Source: an uncultured virus (IMG/VR IMGVR_UViG_3300050821_000498) (taxonomy: Duplodnaviria; Heunggongvirae; Uroviricota; Caudoviricetes). Taken from it: a stretch of DNA of 64,000 bases. The position numbers were made by a program, and so were the translations under genes. Positions within the stretch are counted from its first letter, which is position 1. Each line of letters begins with the position of its first letter. A model generated the notes under the pieces. It worked only from the letters and a program-made list of their open reading frames with translations. It did no database searches and had not been told where the DNA came from. This document shows positions 40,550 through 50,345 of the stretch, piece by piece. The DNA lies in IMG/VR virus record IMGVR_UViG_3300050821_000498. One strand, given 5' to 3'.

Positions 40550-41089
40550 TTACTTAGCACCGTGATATTTTTGTTCCAACTTCTTAGCTAAGCTTGCGCC
40601 AGGGTCAGAATTAGCTTGCTCATCTACTTTTACTGCATCTGCCTTAGCATCCACACCAACCTCTTTAAATGCAGGAGTTTTAGCCTCTGCTTCCATGCTC
40701 ATACCTAATGCGCTTACTACAGCAGTAAATGCTGCGTCATCTAAAGAATCAGTAGCTGCCAATAGAGCATCAGCTTTAGCAGTGCCTACAGCCTCTACGA
40801 TTACATTTTTACGAGTTTCCAAACGTTTAGCTTGAATCTCTTTTTCCAAAGCGGCTTTAGCTTCTGCAAATTGAGTCAAAGACTTCTCTAGCTCTGCTAC
40901 CTTACCTGCTAAAGCAGATAATTGAGTATCTTTCTCTACTACTTCTGCTTGCAATGCTGCAAATACTTCTGGAGCTACAGCCTCAAGAGCTTTAACAGGC
41001 TCAGTTACGTTTTTTGTGGTCATTGTTTTATCTTCCTTATCAGTGCCGAAAGCGGCTTTCTTAATACTGTCTAGCAATTTAGATTTCAT
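40550..41089 (-). CDS. Scaffold-like coiled-coil protein
   Basis: Ala/Lys/Glu-rich; between protease and decoration genes. Confidence 0.7.
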   Translation of the reverse strand: MKSKLLDSIKKAAFGTDKEDKTMTTKNVTEPVKALEAVAPEVFAALQAEVVEKDTQLSALAGKVAELEKSLTQFAEAKAALEKEIQAKRLETRKNVIVEAVGTAKADALLAATDSLDDAAFTAVVSALGMSMEAEAKTPAFKEVGVDAKADAVKVDEQANSDPGASLAKKLEQKYHGAK

Positions 41090-41936
41090 TCATATTCTCC
41101 TGTTGCTTTTCTCCTATGTACGTACTAAACTCTGTACGTGTCATAACTTTATTAACCAAGCCTAGACTCAAGGCATCTTGAGCCATGAAAGTTTTAGCTT
41201 CAGTGTTCTTAATTGCTTCAACAGATATACCTGTGTATTCAGCAACGTGATTTACAAAATCTTCATAGAGAGCATATACTTTCATTTGAAGATCATCTAT
41301 AAATTCTGGTTTCCAATCTCCACTATCGTCGAAAGGTACTTTTGAGTCCCCTGCTGTAATGAAGGTTCTAGTTACTCCTGCGTTTTCTAGAGCTTTGGAA
41401 TAATTCATTAATGAAATTACAACGCCTATTGAGCCTGTTTCTGCTGAAGGGTTGCATATGACTTCATCAGCCACGCATGAGATAGCATAAGCAGCACTAG
41501 CCATACAACCATCGTTATAAGCATACAACTGGACATCATTAGCATCACATAAAGCACGAAGTTGATTAGCTGTCTCAAAAGCTGCATAGCCCTCCCCTCC
41601 AGGAGAATCACAATCCAAGACTATGATCTGAATACCTTCCTCAATCATATCTTCTGCTTGATCTATAATAGTCTCGTAAGAGCATCCTACTTCGCCACAC
41701 ATTCCATAGACTGGTTTATAGGTCAGGGGGCCGTACATCGGAATAACACCAATACCTATTTCTGGATCAAAATCATCCTCATCTTCAGTATCATCATCTT
41801 CTACTGAATCAAGTTTCATCAGTCCATACTTGTTTCTGTTAATCAGATAACTTGCAGCAAAATCAAATCCTGCCTGAGTTATCAAGTGAGGGCGAGAAAA
41901 CATGCCCTCTGTAAATCTTAATAATTTATGCGACAT
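41079..41936 (-). CDS. Prohead protease, S49 family
   Basis: DSPGG, ASAAY, GSIGV motifs. Confidence 0.9.
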   Translation of the reverse strand: MSHKLLRFTEGMFSRPHLITQAGFDFAASYLINRNKYGLMKLDSVEDDDTEDEDDFDPEIGIGVIPMYGPLTYKPVYGMCGEVGCSYETIIDQAEDMIEEGIQIIVLDCDSPGGEGYAAFETANQLRALCDANDVQLYAYNDGCMASAAYAISCVADEVICNPSAETGSIGVVISLMNYSKALENAGVTRTFITAGDSKVPFDDSGDWKPEFIDDLQMKVYALYEDFVNHVAEYTGISVEAIKNTEAKTFMAQDALSLGLVNKVMTRTEFSTYIGEKQQENMNEI

Positions 41937-41945
41937 TATTTTCCT

Positions 41946-43439
41946 TTATGCTGCGTTTGAGTTATTTGCAACACTATTATCTACAGTGCTCACACTATTC
42001 CCTGTGCCATTTAAGCCTCCAGTTTCCGAAGCCATCCCTTGACCAGATTTAGATTGTGAAGCTCCTAGATTGAGTGCTTCAACATTAACAGGCTCATCGG
42101 CAGGTAACTGAGGGATACCAGCAACTTTTCTAACCAGATTCAGCCATGCTCTGTCCACTTCGATCATGCCAACTGCTTTAACACGTTGAATAAATACGCT
42201 GAACTCTTCTAGAGAAATATCATTAACATCTCCAGCAACAAACTTAGGTAGCACTTCATCTGTCCAGCCATTCAATGCAAATATCTGAGGAATCAACTCT
42301 AAGTTTAAAACGTTTGCTATTTCTTTTAATCTGTGGTCTAATGCTAACGAGAGAAGATTTGACTTTTCTGAAGCTAAACTAAAACTGCCAGTAGAATCAT
42401 TTCCCATGCGAATAACATCACATGAAAGAGCAGTTAGAATATCTGTTTGATAGCGTCTAATAATTCCGTCAATATTTGTGGAAGGAATTCCTTTACGCTC
42501 TAGTAAAGATAAGCTAAACATATCTTGTCCAGATGTTTGATCAAACATGGAAGGAAATACAATCCCTCGTTGTTTGCCTTCTGATATATTATTTAATATA
42601 TTTTGTGTAGCTACAAATACTGCTGCATCTGCTGGAGTGGCATCTGGTGCCATATATTGAGGAGGAAGCCTTGCAAAAGGAATACCACTAACATCTTTAG
42701 CTACATTCAATGCTTCTTGATCTTGCATCAACTCTAAGCGCTTGTAAGCTAAGTATACACCTTTCAACAGACTAGTACCTTGAGGGTTGCCTTTAGTGGC
42801 ATCTGCTGTAAACAGCATAAACTTCTCTCTAGGTATTAGGATTGTATTTCTATTTGTATTTGCCAGTTGTTCGTATTGGTCTGTGTACTGGAGGATAGAT
42901 AGAGACTGCTCTACAGAATCCACTTGTCTACCATCATCAGAGAAATTCCAACGATATACTGTGTCTTGCGACCTTGGGGATATTTTTGCTAATCCTACTA
43001 GACCATCGTTGTATCTACTACCATTCTTGCGTAACCTTCGGCGGAACACTTTTTCTTGTATTGAAAAACCATACTCTAAGTATGTAAGGGTATCGCTAAT
43101 AAAGCTGCCCCATGAATTTTCCATATCGTCCATGCAACCTTGCACAAACTTAGCACGTTCTAGTTGTTCAGTTGTAGCGCCAATAGGAGCTTCTACCGTC
43201 CAATTTACTCTACTTAGCATCATCCGATAGACATTGAAAGCCGCTTGTACAACCGGATTAGTTCGCATTTCGGCTACAACTTTGTTAAGTTGATAGCCCC
43301 TGAAGACCCTGTTTTGCTCTTCGATTATAATACCGTTAGTTATACGTAAGCCGTTATAACCTGTCTCGGAAAGCTTAATTCTAGGAATTGTTGCATCTGC
43401 GTCTGGTGCTAAGGAGGTACTTACGTCTTGTTCAGACAT
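41946..43439 (-). CDS. Portal protein
   Basis: 497 aa after terL; YGFS..EKV, IP.EKF, GNP.G, GSFSL motifs. Confidence 0.88.
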   Translation of the reverse strand: MSEQDVSTSLAPDADATIPRIKLSETGYNGLRITNGIIIEEQNRVFRGYQLNKVVAEMRTNPVVQAAFNVYRMMLSRVNWTVEAPIGATTEQLERAKFVQGCMDDMENSWGSFISDTLTYLEYGFSIQEKVFRRRLRKNGSRYNDGLVGLAKISPRSQDTVYRWNFSDDGRQVDSVEQSLSILQYTDQYEQLANTNRNTILIPREKFMLFTADATKGNPQGTSLLKGVYLAYKRLELMQDQEALNVAKDVSGIPFARLPPQYMAPDATPADAAVFVATQNILNNISEGKQRGIVFPSMFDQTSGQDMFSLSLLERKGIPSTNIDGIIRRYQTDILTALSCDVIRMGNDSTGSFSLASEKSNLLSLALDHRLKEIANVLNLELIPQIFALNGWTDEVLPKFVAGDVNDISLEEFSVFIQRVKAVGMIEVDRAWLNLVRKVAGIPQLPADEPVNVEALNLGASQSKSGQGMASETGGLNGTGNSVSTVDNSVANNSNAA

Positions 43440-43463
43440 ATAATCTCCTATTAATAATTGCTA

Positions 43464-43491
43464 ATTATAGCATATAATTTCTTTTTGTCAA
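43464..43491 (-). promoter_or_regulatory. sigma70-like promoter upstream of the portal gene
   Basis: TTGACA-N16-TATAAT with TG. Confidence 0.7.
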
Positions 43492-43552
43492 GTGTTATTT
43501 TCAATAAATATGGTAATTTTAGTAAAAATATGTTATAATTCTTAGTTTTTAG

Positions 43553-44983
43553 TTAAATTCTAGGGATTGGGGAGGCTTGTTCCATACTTGGAATAGAGAA
43601 ACTTGGAATATGCATCTGTTTCGCAAGCTCGTTAGTAGCATCACTTGTACCATCCACTTGGTCATCTTTTATATTTCTACTTCCGTCAAAAAACTCTAAC
43701 TCATTCAAAAAATCTTCATTCCAGTCGCCTCTTACTATCTTCACGTGCCCGTTAGCTGCCAAAGATACAAAAGGTTTAAACCTATTAATCTTACTAGAGT
43801 GACCCGACATTTGGATACTTCTAACGTAAACTCCTTGCTCCGCAAGAAACCTCGTGAAAAAGTCATTAGCTGATTTTCCTCCTGAACCTGTATCACGTGG
43901 AATACTAACTGGAATATCTAATCCATCATTTTTAGCTGTCTCTACTATCTCGTTTAAAACACCGTCAGTTTGTTTCCTGAAACGTTTTACATGCTCTATG
44001 TAATAAACACCTTCCCTAGTACGAGACATTAACACTCCCGCTGTCCAGTCTGGATTTGGGGTGGCTTCGGATGGAACAGAGGCAGCTAAGTCCCATGAGC
44101 GTATTTTAGATTGAGGATTTATAGGAGGATATTCAACAACTTCCAACCAAGACCTGTCAAAGAAACTGCTGCCTTCTGGTCTAGCTGTCCAACTACCAAA
44201 TAGAAATCGTTGTTGATTAACCCTTGGCTGACTTTGTAGATTAGATAGGTATGTAGGATTATTTTTTAGTAAGATAGGATTATCTTGGATAGTCATAGGA
44301 ATAAACCTGAACTTCAACGGTCTAAAATCTACTCCTAACTCCTTACCATACCCGTATTCTTTAAATAACTCTTCTACAGAGTTGCCCCAACACATCTTAC
44401 CATTGATAGTTACAAAATAACGCTCTATTAACTCTGTTCCAGATTTTGGAATACCTGTCTCTGGATCAAGACAATACTCTACCCATTTGTACAGAAAAGA
44501 ATTAGCATCAGGATTACAAGTCATAGTAAGATTCATATGACCTTTATACTTAGCTGACCTTAAACGGGATAATAAGAATAATATCTCAGATTCTTTAAAA
44601 CCAGCAGCCTCGTCAACAAGCATATGGGTAGCCTGAAGTCCCTGCCACTCACCCAAGTTGTCCGGTAACGCACTAAATTGTATAGTTGCACCATTGGGGA
44701 ATTTCCATGTTAATGCTTGAACACCAAAAACTCCTCCAAAATGAGAATAGATTCCTTTTGATTCGTCTACTAATCCGCCACTAAGTTTTAGTGTGGGGTA
44801 AGATTCACGGATAATCATAACCCTTGCAGCAGGGTCTTTAATATATTTTAAAGCTTTTAATAAGCATGTATAGGATTTAGAACTACCGGCCCCTCCTCCT
44901 GTAAGCAACACATCTGAACTTTCATCCATTAATATCATGCGCTGCTTTTCACTTCTTGGCGCAAAAATTAATGGCGCATCCAT
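43553..44983 (-). CDS. terL: Terminase large subunit
   Basis: Walker A GGAGSSKS, Walker B VDEA, TCNP, nuclease WDLA/PDWTAG/DDQVD; ATG at 44983 with AAGGAG. Confidence 0.93.
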   Translation of the reverse strand: MDAPLIFAPRSEKQRMILMDESSDVLLTGGGAGSSKSYTCLLKALKYIKDPAARVMIIRESYPTLKLSGGLVDESKGIYSHFGGVFGVQALTWKFPNGATIQFSALPDNLGEWQGLQATHMLVDEAAGFKESEILFLLSRLRSAKYKGHMNLTMTCNPDANSFLYKWVEYCLDPETGIPKSGTELIERYFVTINGKMCWGNSVEELFKEYGYGKELGVDFRPLKFRFIPMTIQDNPILLKNNPTYLSNLQSQPRVNQQRFLFGSWTARPEGSSFFDRSWLEVVEYPPINPQSKIRSWDLAASVPSEATPNPDWTAGVLMSRTREGVYYIEHVKRFRKQTDGVLNEIVETAKNDGLDIPVSIPRDTGSGGKSANDFFTRFLAEQGVYVRSIQMSGHSSKINRFKPFVSLAANGHVKIVRGDWNEDFLNELEFFDGSRNIKDDQVDGTSDATNELAKQMHIPSFSIPSMEQASPIPRI

Positions 44984-45010
44984 ATTCTTACTCTCCTTTA
45001 AAGCAAACAC

Positions 45011-45044
45011 AAAAAGGCTAGATAGCACTTAAGCTACTAGCCTT
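45011..45044 (-). terminator. Intrinsic terminator-like hairpin ~30 nt upstream of terL
   Basis: AAGGCTAG/CTAGCCTT stem plus T-rich tail. Confidence 0.6.
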
Positions 45045-45243
45045 CTATAAATTCGTGATATGCCGCCACAATCTTATCCATGCAAACATATCATGGAGGG
45101 ACAAAATCCCCTCCCTCACCACAATGCTGAACTAATATCAGCAATTCTTAAATTAAAGATAGCTTACCTATCAGCATTCCCGTAAACTAAGCCATACCTC
45201 ACACCCCAAGTAATGAGTGGTTCCTAGTCTCCCGAACAAAAAT

Positions 45244-45330
45244 TGGTATGCAAGGTGGGACTTGAACCCACAATCCTCTAAGGCGCAGGATTTTAAATCC
45301 TGAGTGTATCTCCAATTCCACCACTCGCAC
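45244..45330 (-). tRNA. tRNA-Leu, anticodon UAA
   Basis: Cloverleaf with CAGGA-TTTAAAA-TCCTG anticodon arm, long variable arm, GTTCAA T-loop, encoded CCA. Confidence 0.95.
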
Positions 45331-45787
45331 ATTTGTCTATATAAAAATGTTCTATTTCTATATTTTTAATTTTGTAATTCTCTATATTATGAGATGCTTT
45401 ACCTGCACAGCTCCTACTGCAAAATGGCCCACGCTTTCCGCGTTTCCTGTTCTGAACAGAATCCCTGATCGCTTCGCCACCAGATAATATAAATTTATTT
45501 CCACAGTGTTCACAATTTAATTGTATATCTTTCGATCTTTTTGCATCCAATCTAGAATGATCTTCCCTAGCTAATATTTGTAAATTACCTATACTGTTAT
45601 TAGTAAAATCTCTGTCAATATGGTCTACAGTCTCATTCAAGCCTAGATATCTTTCTAAATGCATTTCCATTAAGTATTTAGGATAAGAGACAGTCTTTCT
45701 AGTACCTTCTTTAGATTTCAAACAAACATGCATACGACCATCTTTTCTTAAATATGGGCCGTAGACTTTAAAATCTTCATATATCAT
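45293..45787 (-). CDS. HNH endonuclease with Zn-ribbon tail, overlapping tRNA-Leu
   Basis: VDHIDRDFTNN..NLQIL..H, CEHCG..FCSRSC. Confidence 0.85.
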   Translation of the reverse strand: MIYEDFKVYGPYLRKDGRMHVCLKSKEGTRKTVSYPKYLMEMHLERYLGLNETVDHIDRDFTNNSIGNLQILAREDHSRLDAKRSKDIQLNCEHCGNKFILSGGEAIRDSVQNRKRGKRGPFCSRSCAGKASHNIENYKIKNIEIEHFYIDKCASGGIGDTLRI

Positions 45788-45870
45788 TATATTTCTCTAA
45801 CAGTTGTAAAATCAATAATAGCCTCAGCTTATTCCTCTTCGTCATTGTGATGACGTAATTGCACTCTTAC

Positions 45871-46215
45871 TCAGACTTCAATCACATTATCAAAATCAAT
45901 AACAGGCTGTTGCTGACCTTGGATAGTAAGAGTCTTAGGCTGACCTAATCCGTTCATCTTTACTTGAGCCACAAGCCTATTAAATTCGTCCGTATTAATA
46001 TCTTTAGCTGTAGACCGAATCATATCTAACAAAAATTCAGCAGCCCTTTGAGATATTTTCTCATCTTTACTCTTAAGATTAACTTCTAGTACCTTAATGG
46101 CCTCTTGTTCATGTTTTTTTAGTAATCTAAGTAACTTATCTAGCTCTCCAGACTTGCGCATAAAGGAAGGGTTATCTTCTTTTACTATAACTTTTGTTCT
46201 TGTACTTCCCGACAT
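45871..46215 (-). CDS. Putative terminase small subunit
   Basis: First gene of the late arm, helical, upstream of terL. Confidence 0.5.
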   Translation of the reverse strand: MSGSTRTKVIVKEDNPSFMRKSGELDKLLRLLKKHEQEAIKVLEVNLKSKDEKISQRAAEFLLDMIRSTAKDINTDEFNRLVAQVKMNGLGQPKTLTIQGQQQPVIDFDNVIEV

Positions 46216-46235
46216 ACATACCTCCCTAAAATGTA

Positions 46236-46330
46236 ATTATATACTAAAAATACAATTTGTCAAGCTTTATTTTATAATAAATTATGAATTTTAAGAAATA
46301 GCTTGCTAATTACATTTTTTATGGTACAAT
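46236..46330. promoter_or_regulatory. Divergent promoter pair
   Basis: - strand TTGACA-N16-TATAAT (46236-46263); + strand TTGCTA-N16-TACAAT (46303-46330). Confidence 0.65.
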
Positions 46331-46787
46331 AAACTTAAATTATTAAAGAAAGGAGAAACCCTTATGAAATGGATCAAATATTATCTTATTGTTATGCAAT
46401 CAATAGTATCTAACAAAACAGTTGTAAATTTCTTTGGAAGTAGTTATATTATATCCGGTAATATTGTAAAACGAATTAAATAAGGGGGTATATGAAATTT
46501 AATGTGTATTATAGAAGTAAAACACAAAAAGGGTTGCATAAAATACAGGCCACTACGGATAGTCACATATTAGCTATAGCTGATGTAGAAGAATATATTT
46601 CTCAAAACAACATTGATGTATCTTCTCCTGTGTTAGTTGTTATTGAAGGAGGTGTTAATGGAGAAATTTAATATTGAAAAGTTTGTTGATGAGATAGAAC
46701 TTAAAGAAACTGCTGAAGATATGCACCTATCAGTGTACTATGACCCAGAAGCACATGACTATGACAATTATTTAGAAAGGAATAAAT

Positions 46788-47249
46788 ATGAAACAGACTA
46801 AGACTATCCTTACCCCTTCTCTTGCAACCTTCGGATTTGAATTTCAGGAAGCTGTCCAAGATGGGTGGGAGATTGAAGAAGATAAGTATGTAAACATGTT
46901 TGGGCCATACTATGAAGTGATTATGTGTAAGCGTGATTCCTCAGTAGCAGCCTTATTGTCAGATGTAGTTATACAGGAAGAAACAAAACAACTTACTCCA
47001 GCACAACAGCGTATGGCTAACGCTAGGGCATCTAAAGGTAAATAAATGCCAGATGATGAAACGCTTAAAAAGCGTCTAGCAAACGCACATATGAAAGCTA
47101 ACTACTATGAAAGGTTAGTAGAAGCCTTAGTTACAGGAAATGTTCCGAGACATCCTGATCTTAACCTAATTCAATTTGCGAGATATGGAAGGGTCTTGCA
47201 CGAATACTACCAATCAAAATATAGTTTTGATGAGCCTGATGCTGACTAG
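46788..47249 (+). CDS. Two small hypothetical genes (46788-47045, 47046-47249)
   Basis: Adjacent co-directional ORFs. Confidence 0.55.
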
Positions 47250-47278
47250 CATTGTAATATTGATATTAAAGAAATGAG

Positions 47279-48082
47279 GTGCTTTACATGAGTAACAACG
47301 CTCGTAGGAATAAGAAAAAAGAAGTATTGGAAACTAAACCTCAACCTAAGTCTAAATTTTTACAAACTGAAACAACTCCTGAAGGAGAGATTGTACAACC
47401 TAACCTCCCTAAATTTGAAGCTAAAACTAATTCTCAAAAGAAAGCCTTAGCTGCTCTACGTAGTGGTGCTAGTGTAGTGTTTATGATTGGTAGCGCTGGC
47501 AGTGGCAAATCTATGTTAGCTTCTTACGAAGCGGCATCATCTCTTAAGCAAAAGAAAGTAGATAAAATCTATCTAGCCCGTCCGAATGTGGCTACAGGTA
47601 AAACTATAGGAATGTTACCAGGGACTCTAGAAGAAAAGCTAGAACCATTCTTCGCACAAACAATAGAACATTTGCGTAAATTTATGGGTAGTGGATTTAC
47701 TAACTATTGTCTTCGCACTAAGACAATCGAAATGAAAGCTATTGAATATCTTCGTGGAACATCTTTTGAAAACTGTATTGTTATTCTCGAAGAATCTCAA
47801 AACTTTACAGCCGATGACCTTGAGATGGTGCTAACTCGTATAGGTAATAACTGTAGGCTAATCTTAACTGGAGATACAAGACAGAATGATCTTAAAGGGA
47901 ATAGCGGCTTGGCTAAGACACTTAAGCTCCTAGAGGATATGATAGAACTAGCTCCAGATTACTTAGATGATGAGGACATGAAAGAACTAGACGATAACGT
48001 AGCTATTATCGAATTTAAACCTGAGGATGTTGTAAGAAGCGGTATTACAAAGTCTTTTGTCAAAATTTATTACAACAACTAG
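47279..48082 (+). CDS. phoH: PhoH-family ATPase
   Basis: GSAGSGKS, RP, G.LPG.LEEK, YLRGTSF, EESQN, TRIG, GD..Q.D, VRS. Confidence 0.93.
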   Translation: MLYMSNNARRNKKKEVLETKPQPKSKFLQTETTPEGEIVQPNLPKFEAKTNSQKKALAALRSGASVVFMIGSAGSGKSMLASYEAASSLKQKKVDKIYLARPNVATGKTIGMLPGTLEEKLEPFFAQTIEHLRKFMGSGFTNYCLRTKTIEMKAIEYLRGTSFENCIVILEESQNFTADDLEMVLTRIGNNCRLILTGDTRQNDLKGNSGLAKTLKLLEDMIELAPDYLDDEDMKELDDNVAIIEFKPEDVVRSGITKSFVKIYYNN

Positions 48083-48093
48083 CAGGAGGGAAT

Positions 48094-48816
48094 ATGCAAC
48101 AAATTAAACGAGAGATACTGAATCAAGAAAAATATAAGAGCTACTACGGCTATAGTGAACCTAAAGAATATAATGTAGGCTTTATTCCTCATAAAAGTGG
48201 TAAGTATATTATTGAAATAGATAGTGAAATTGAAACTGTCTCACAATTTTCTACAGCAATACAATGTCTTAACGTTGCTAAAGAAGAAGACGAGATTGAA
48301 ATTCATTTGCAATGTAATGGCGGTAACGTTGATGCAGGAGGGGCTTTTATTCATGCTATTAGGAAGTGTCCAGCTAATATCCATATTATAGCAACAGGAG
48401 GGAACCACAGCTATGCTACGCACATCCTCCTAGAGGCAGATACTTTTGAATTATCCGAGAATTTTAATAGTCTGATTCACAACGGGGGTAGTGGAGCAAT
48501 TGGGAATATAAACGAATATCATGCTAAGTCGGATTTTGATAAGAAATTTATACGTGACGGATTTTTTAGCTGTTATGAAGGATTTCTCAGCAATGATGAG
48601 ATTGAAGGAGTGTTGCGTGGTGACAACATTTGGCTAGATGCAGAAGCTTGGGTGCAACGTCATGATGCCAGGAATGAATATTTCAAAGCCAAGGCTGAAG
48701 TATATATGAAGGCTAACATGCTTGTTAATGAGAATACCACTCCTGAACAGGAATTGATGTTTATAGAGGAAGTGGCTCCAACTCCTAAACGGAAGCCTAG
48801 AGCTATTAAAAAATAA
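48094..48816 (+). CDS. ClpP-like (S14) protease subunit
   Basis: IHLQCNGGNV, HSYAT (Ser), LIHN (His), IWLDA. Confidence 0.75.
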   Translation: MQQIKREILNQEKYKSYYGYSEPKEYNVGFIPHKSGKYIIEIDSEIETVSQFSTAIQCLNVAKEEDEIEIHLQCNGGNVDAGGAFIHAIRKCPANIHIIATGGNHSYATHILLEADTFELSENFNSLIHNGGSGAIGNINEYHAKSDFDKKFIRDGFFSCYEGFLSNDEIEGVLRGDNIWLDAEAWVQRHDARNEYFKAKAEVYMKANMLVNENTTPEQELMFIEEVAPTPKRKPRAIKK

Positions 48817-49147
48817 TGAATACTCTCTTGTTGACTTTATATATTATTCCATGTATTATTCTTCTTATCGTTGTTGCTAGTAGCTATAATTCTAGTAAGC
48901 TAAGAGCTAACACAGATAATTTATTCATGGGAACATTTATTATATTTGCTTTTATACCAATATTAAATTTATATATTGTAATGAGAGCCTTGGAAGAGAT
49001 TTATACAAGGAGAAATAGGAATGGCACGTAAACGTCAACAAGGGTTTGAATTGACAGACTCGCAAAAAGCTTGCGGGATAATCTGGTTTATTATATTTGT
49101 AATAATTGGTATATTTGGTGGACTACATTAAGCAACAACATTTAGAC

Positions 49148-49180
49148 AGCCTCCTCTATTAATTTAGCAGGAGGCTTTTT
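49148..49180 (+). terminator. Intrinsic terminator of the phoH operon
   Basis: AGCCTCCT/AGGAGGCT plus T run. Confidence 0.8.
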
Positions 49181-49611
49181 AATATGCCCTTCAGTATAAT
49201 TGTTAAATTTTATAAAAATATTATTTTACAATTAGGTATTTACCATCATTTTGTAATTTTGGTGCAGTAAATATCTAGTTTAGCTTATGGTTGCTAGGTA
49301 TGACCTATTTTGGTGCAAGGGCTAATTCGTGATTTAACGCCCCGCCGCCTAGCCCACCATACCCCTATAGCTTGCCCAAAATATCCCTACCCGGCGATCT
49401 ACAAGCGGCTGGTACAACTCGCCCACCCATCGTTAGAACGTCTTGTATCGCCTCTAATGGCTTCCTATAGCCTATTCATATGTGTATACTTGATGGTAGT
49501 AAGCCTATGCATGGCTAGCAATGGGATATCAATAGTGATGGACGACCGACCACGATGGTGTTATGCTAGGTGTACATCAATGACGATGGCACACAACAAG
49601 GAGAATGCAGC

Positions 49612-50295
49612 ATGAAAGCTATTGGCTATTGCAGGGTATCAACAAGGGAGCAAGGATTGAGCCGCAATGGGTTAGACGGTCAACGCATGGATATGGAACT
49701 GTTTGCAGTATCAAACGATATTGAGCTACTGGATATCGTGTATGAGGTTGCCAGTGCCAAACTAGACCACACTGACAGACCTGTCCTGGCATCAGTCTTG
49801 CAACGTGCTAAGCAACTGAAGTGTGCTGTCATCGTGTCTAAGCTAGACAGGTTCAGCCGCTCTGTACGCTACATCAGTACAATGATGGAAGTATTGAAGG
49901 CTGACCGTATAGGCTTCATCGTTGCCAGTATGGGGTTAGATGTCGATCCTCTTGTCATGCACATGTTCGCCTCTATAGCAGAGAATGAAAGGCGTATGAT
50001 AGGTGTACGTACTAAGGTTGCATTAGCCGCAGTCAAAGCAAAGGGAAAGCAACTAGGTGCATCAGGTGACAGACTATCGGCAGTGCAGGCAAATGGGCAT
50101 GCATCGCAACGTCAGCAAGCCATAGCATTCGCTGAGAAAATTAGAATTCCAATTCAGAAAATGCGAGCCAGGGGAATGACGCAAGCACAGATTGCAGACG
50201 AACTAAACGAATACAACACCCCTACAAGCCGTGGTGGCAAGTGGTCAGCCACTCAGGTATCACGTACGGAAAGACTGCTGAAAATGGCCTTGTAA
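49612..50295 (+). CDS. Serine recombinase (resolvase/invertase catalytic domain plus short recombinase-type DNA-binding domain)
   Basis: GYCRVST, DRP.L, KLDRFSR, ERRMIGVRTK, IADELN..RGGKW; AAGGAG before ATG 49612. Confidence 0.92.
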   Translation: MKAIGYCRVSTREQGLSRNGLDGQRMDMELFAVSNDIELLDIVYEVASAKLDHTDRPVLASVLQRAKQLKCAVIVSKLDRFSRSVRYISTMMEVLKADRIGFIVASMGLDVDPLVMHMFASIAENERRMIGVRTKVALAAVKAKGKQLGASGDRLSAVQANGHASQRQQAIAFAEKIRIPIQKMRARGMTQAQIADELNEYNTPTSRGGKWSATQVSRTERLLKMAL

Positions 50296-50319
50296 GCCTT
50301 CTGTATAGAACTATCCTTT

Positions 50320-50345
50320 AAGGGCGCTATATGCGCCTTTTATTT
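50320..50345 (+). terminator. Terminator after the recombinase
   Basis: GGCGC-TATAT-GCGCC then TTTTATTT. Confidence 0.7.

Noticed and set aside
2113..48423. Many 60-170 aa ORFs antisense to long genes (e.g. 8226-8741, 39353-39814, 42787-43230)
   Set aside because: Shadow frames of well-supported genes, without RBSs or motifs.
49310..49615. 101-aa ORF upstream of the recombinase
   Set aside because: No clear RBS or recognisable motif, and it overlaps hairpin and promoter-like DNA; probably non-coding.
49612..50295. Integrase indicating a prophage
   Set aside because: Too short for a large serine integrase; no att junction, host genes or repressor seen in the window.
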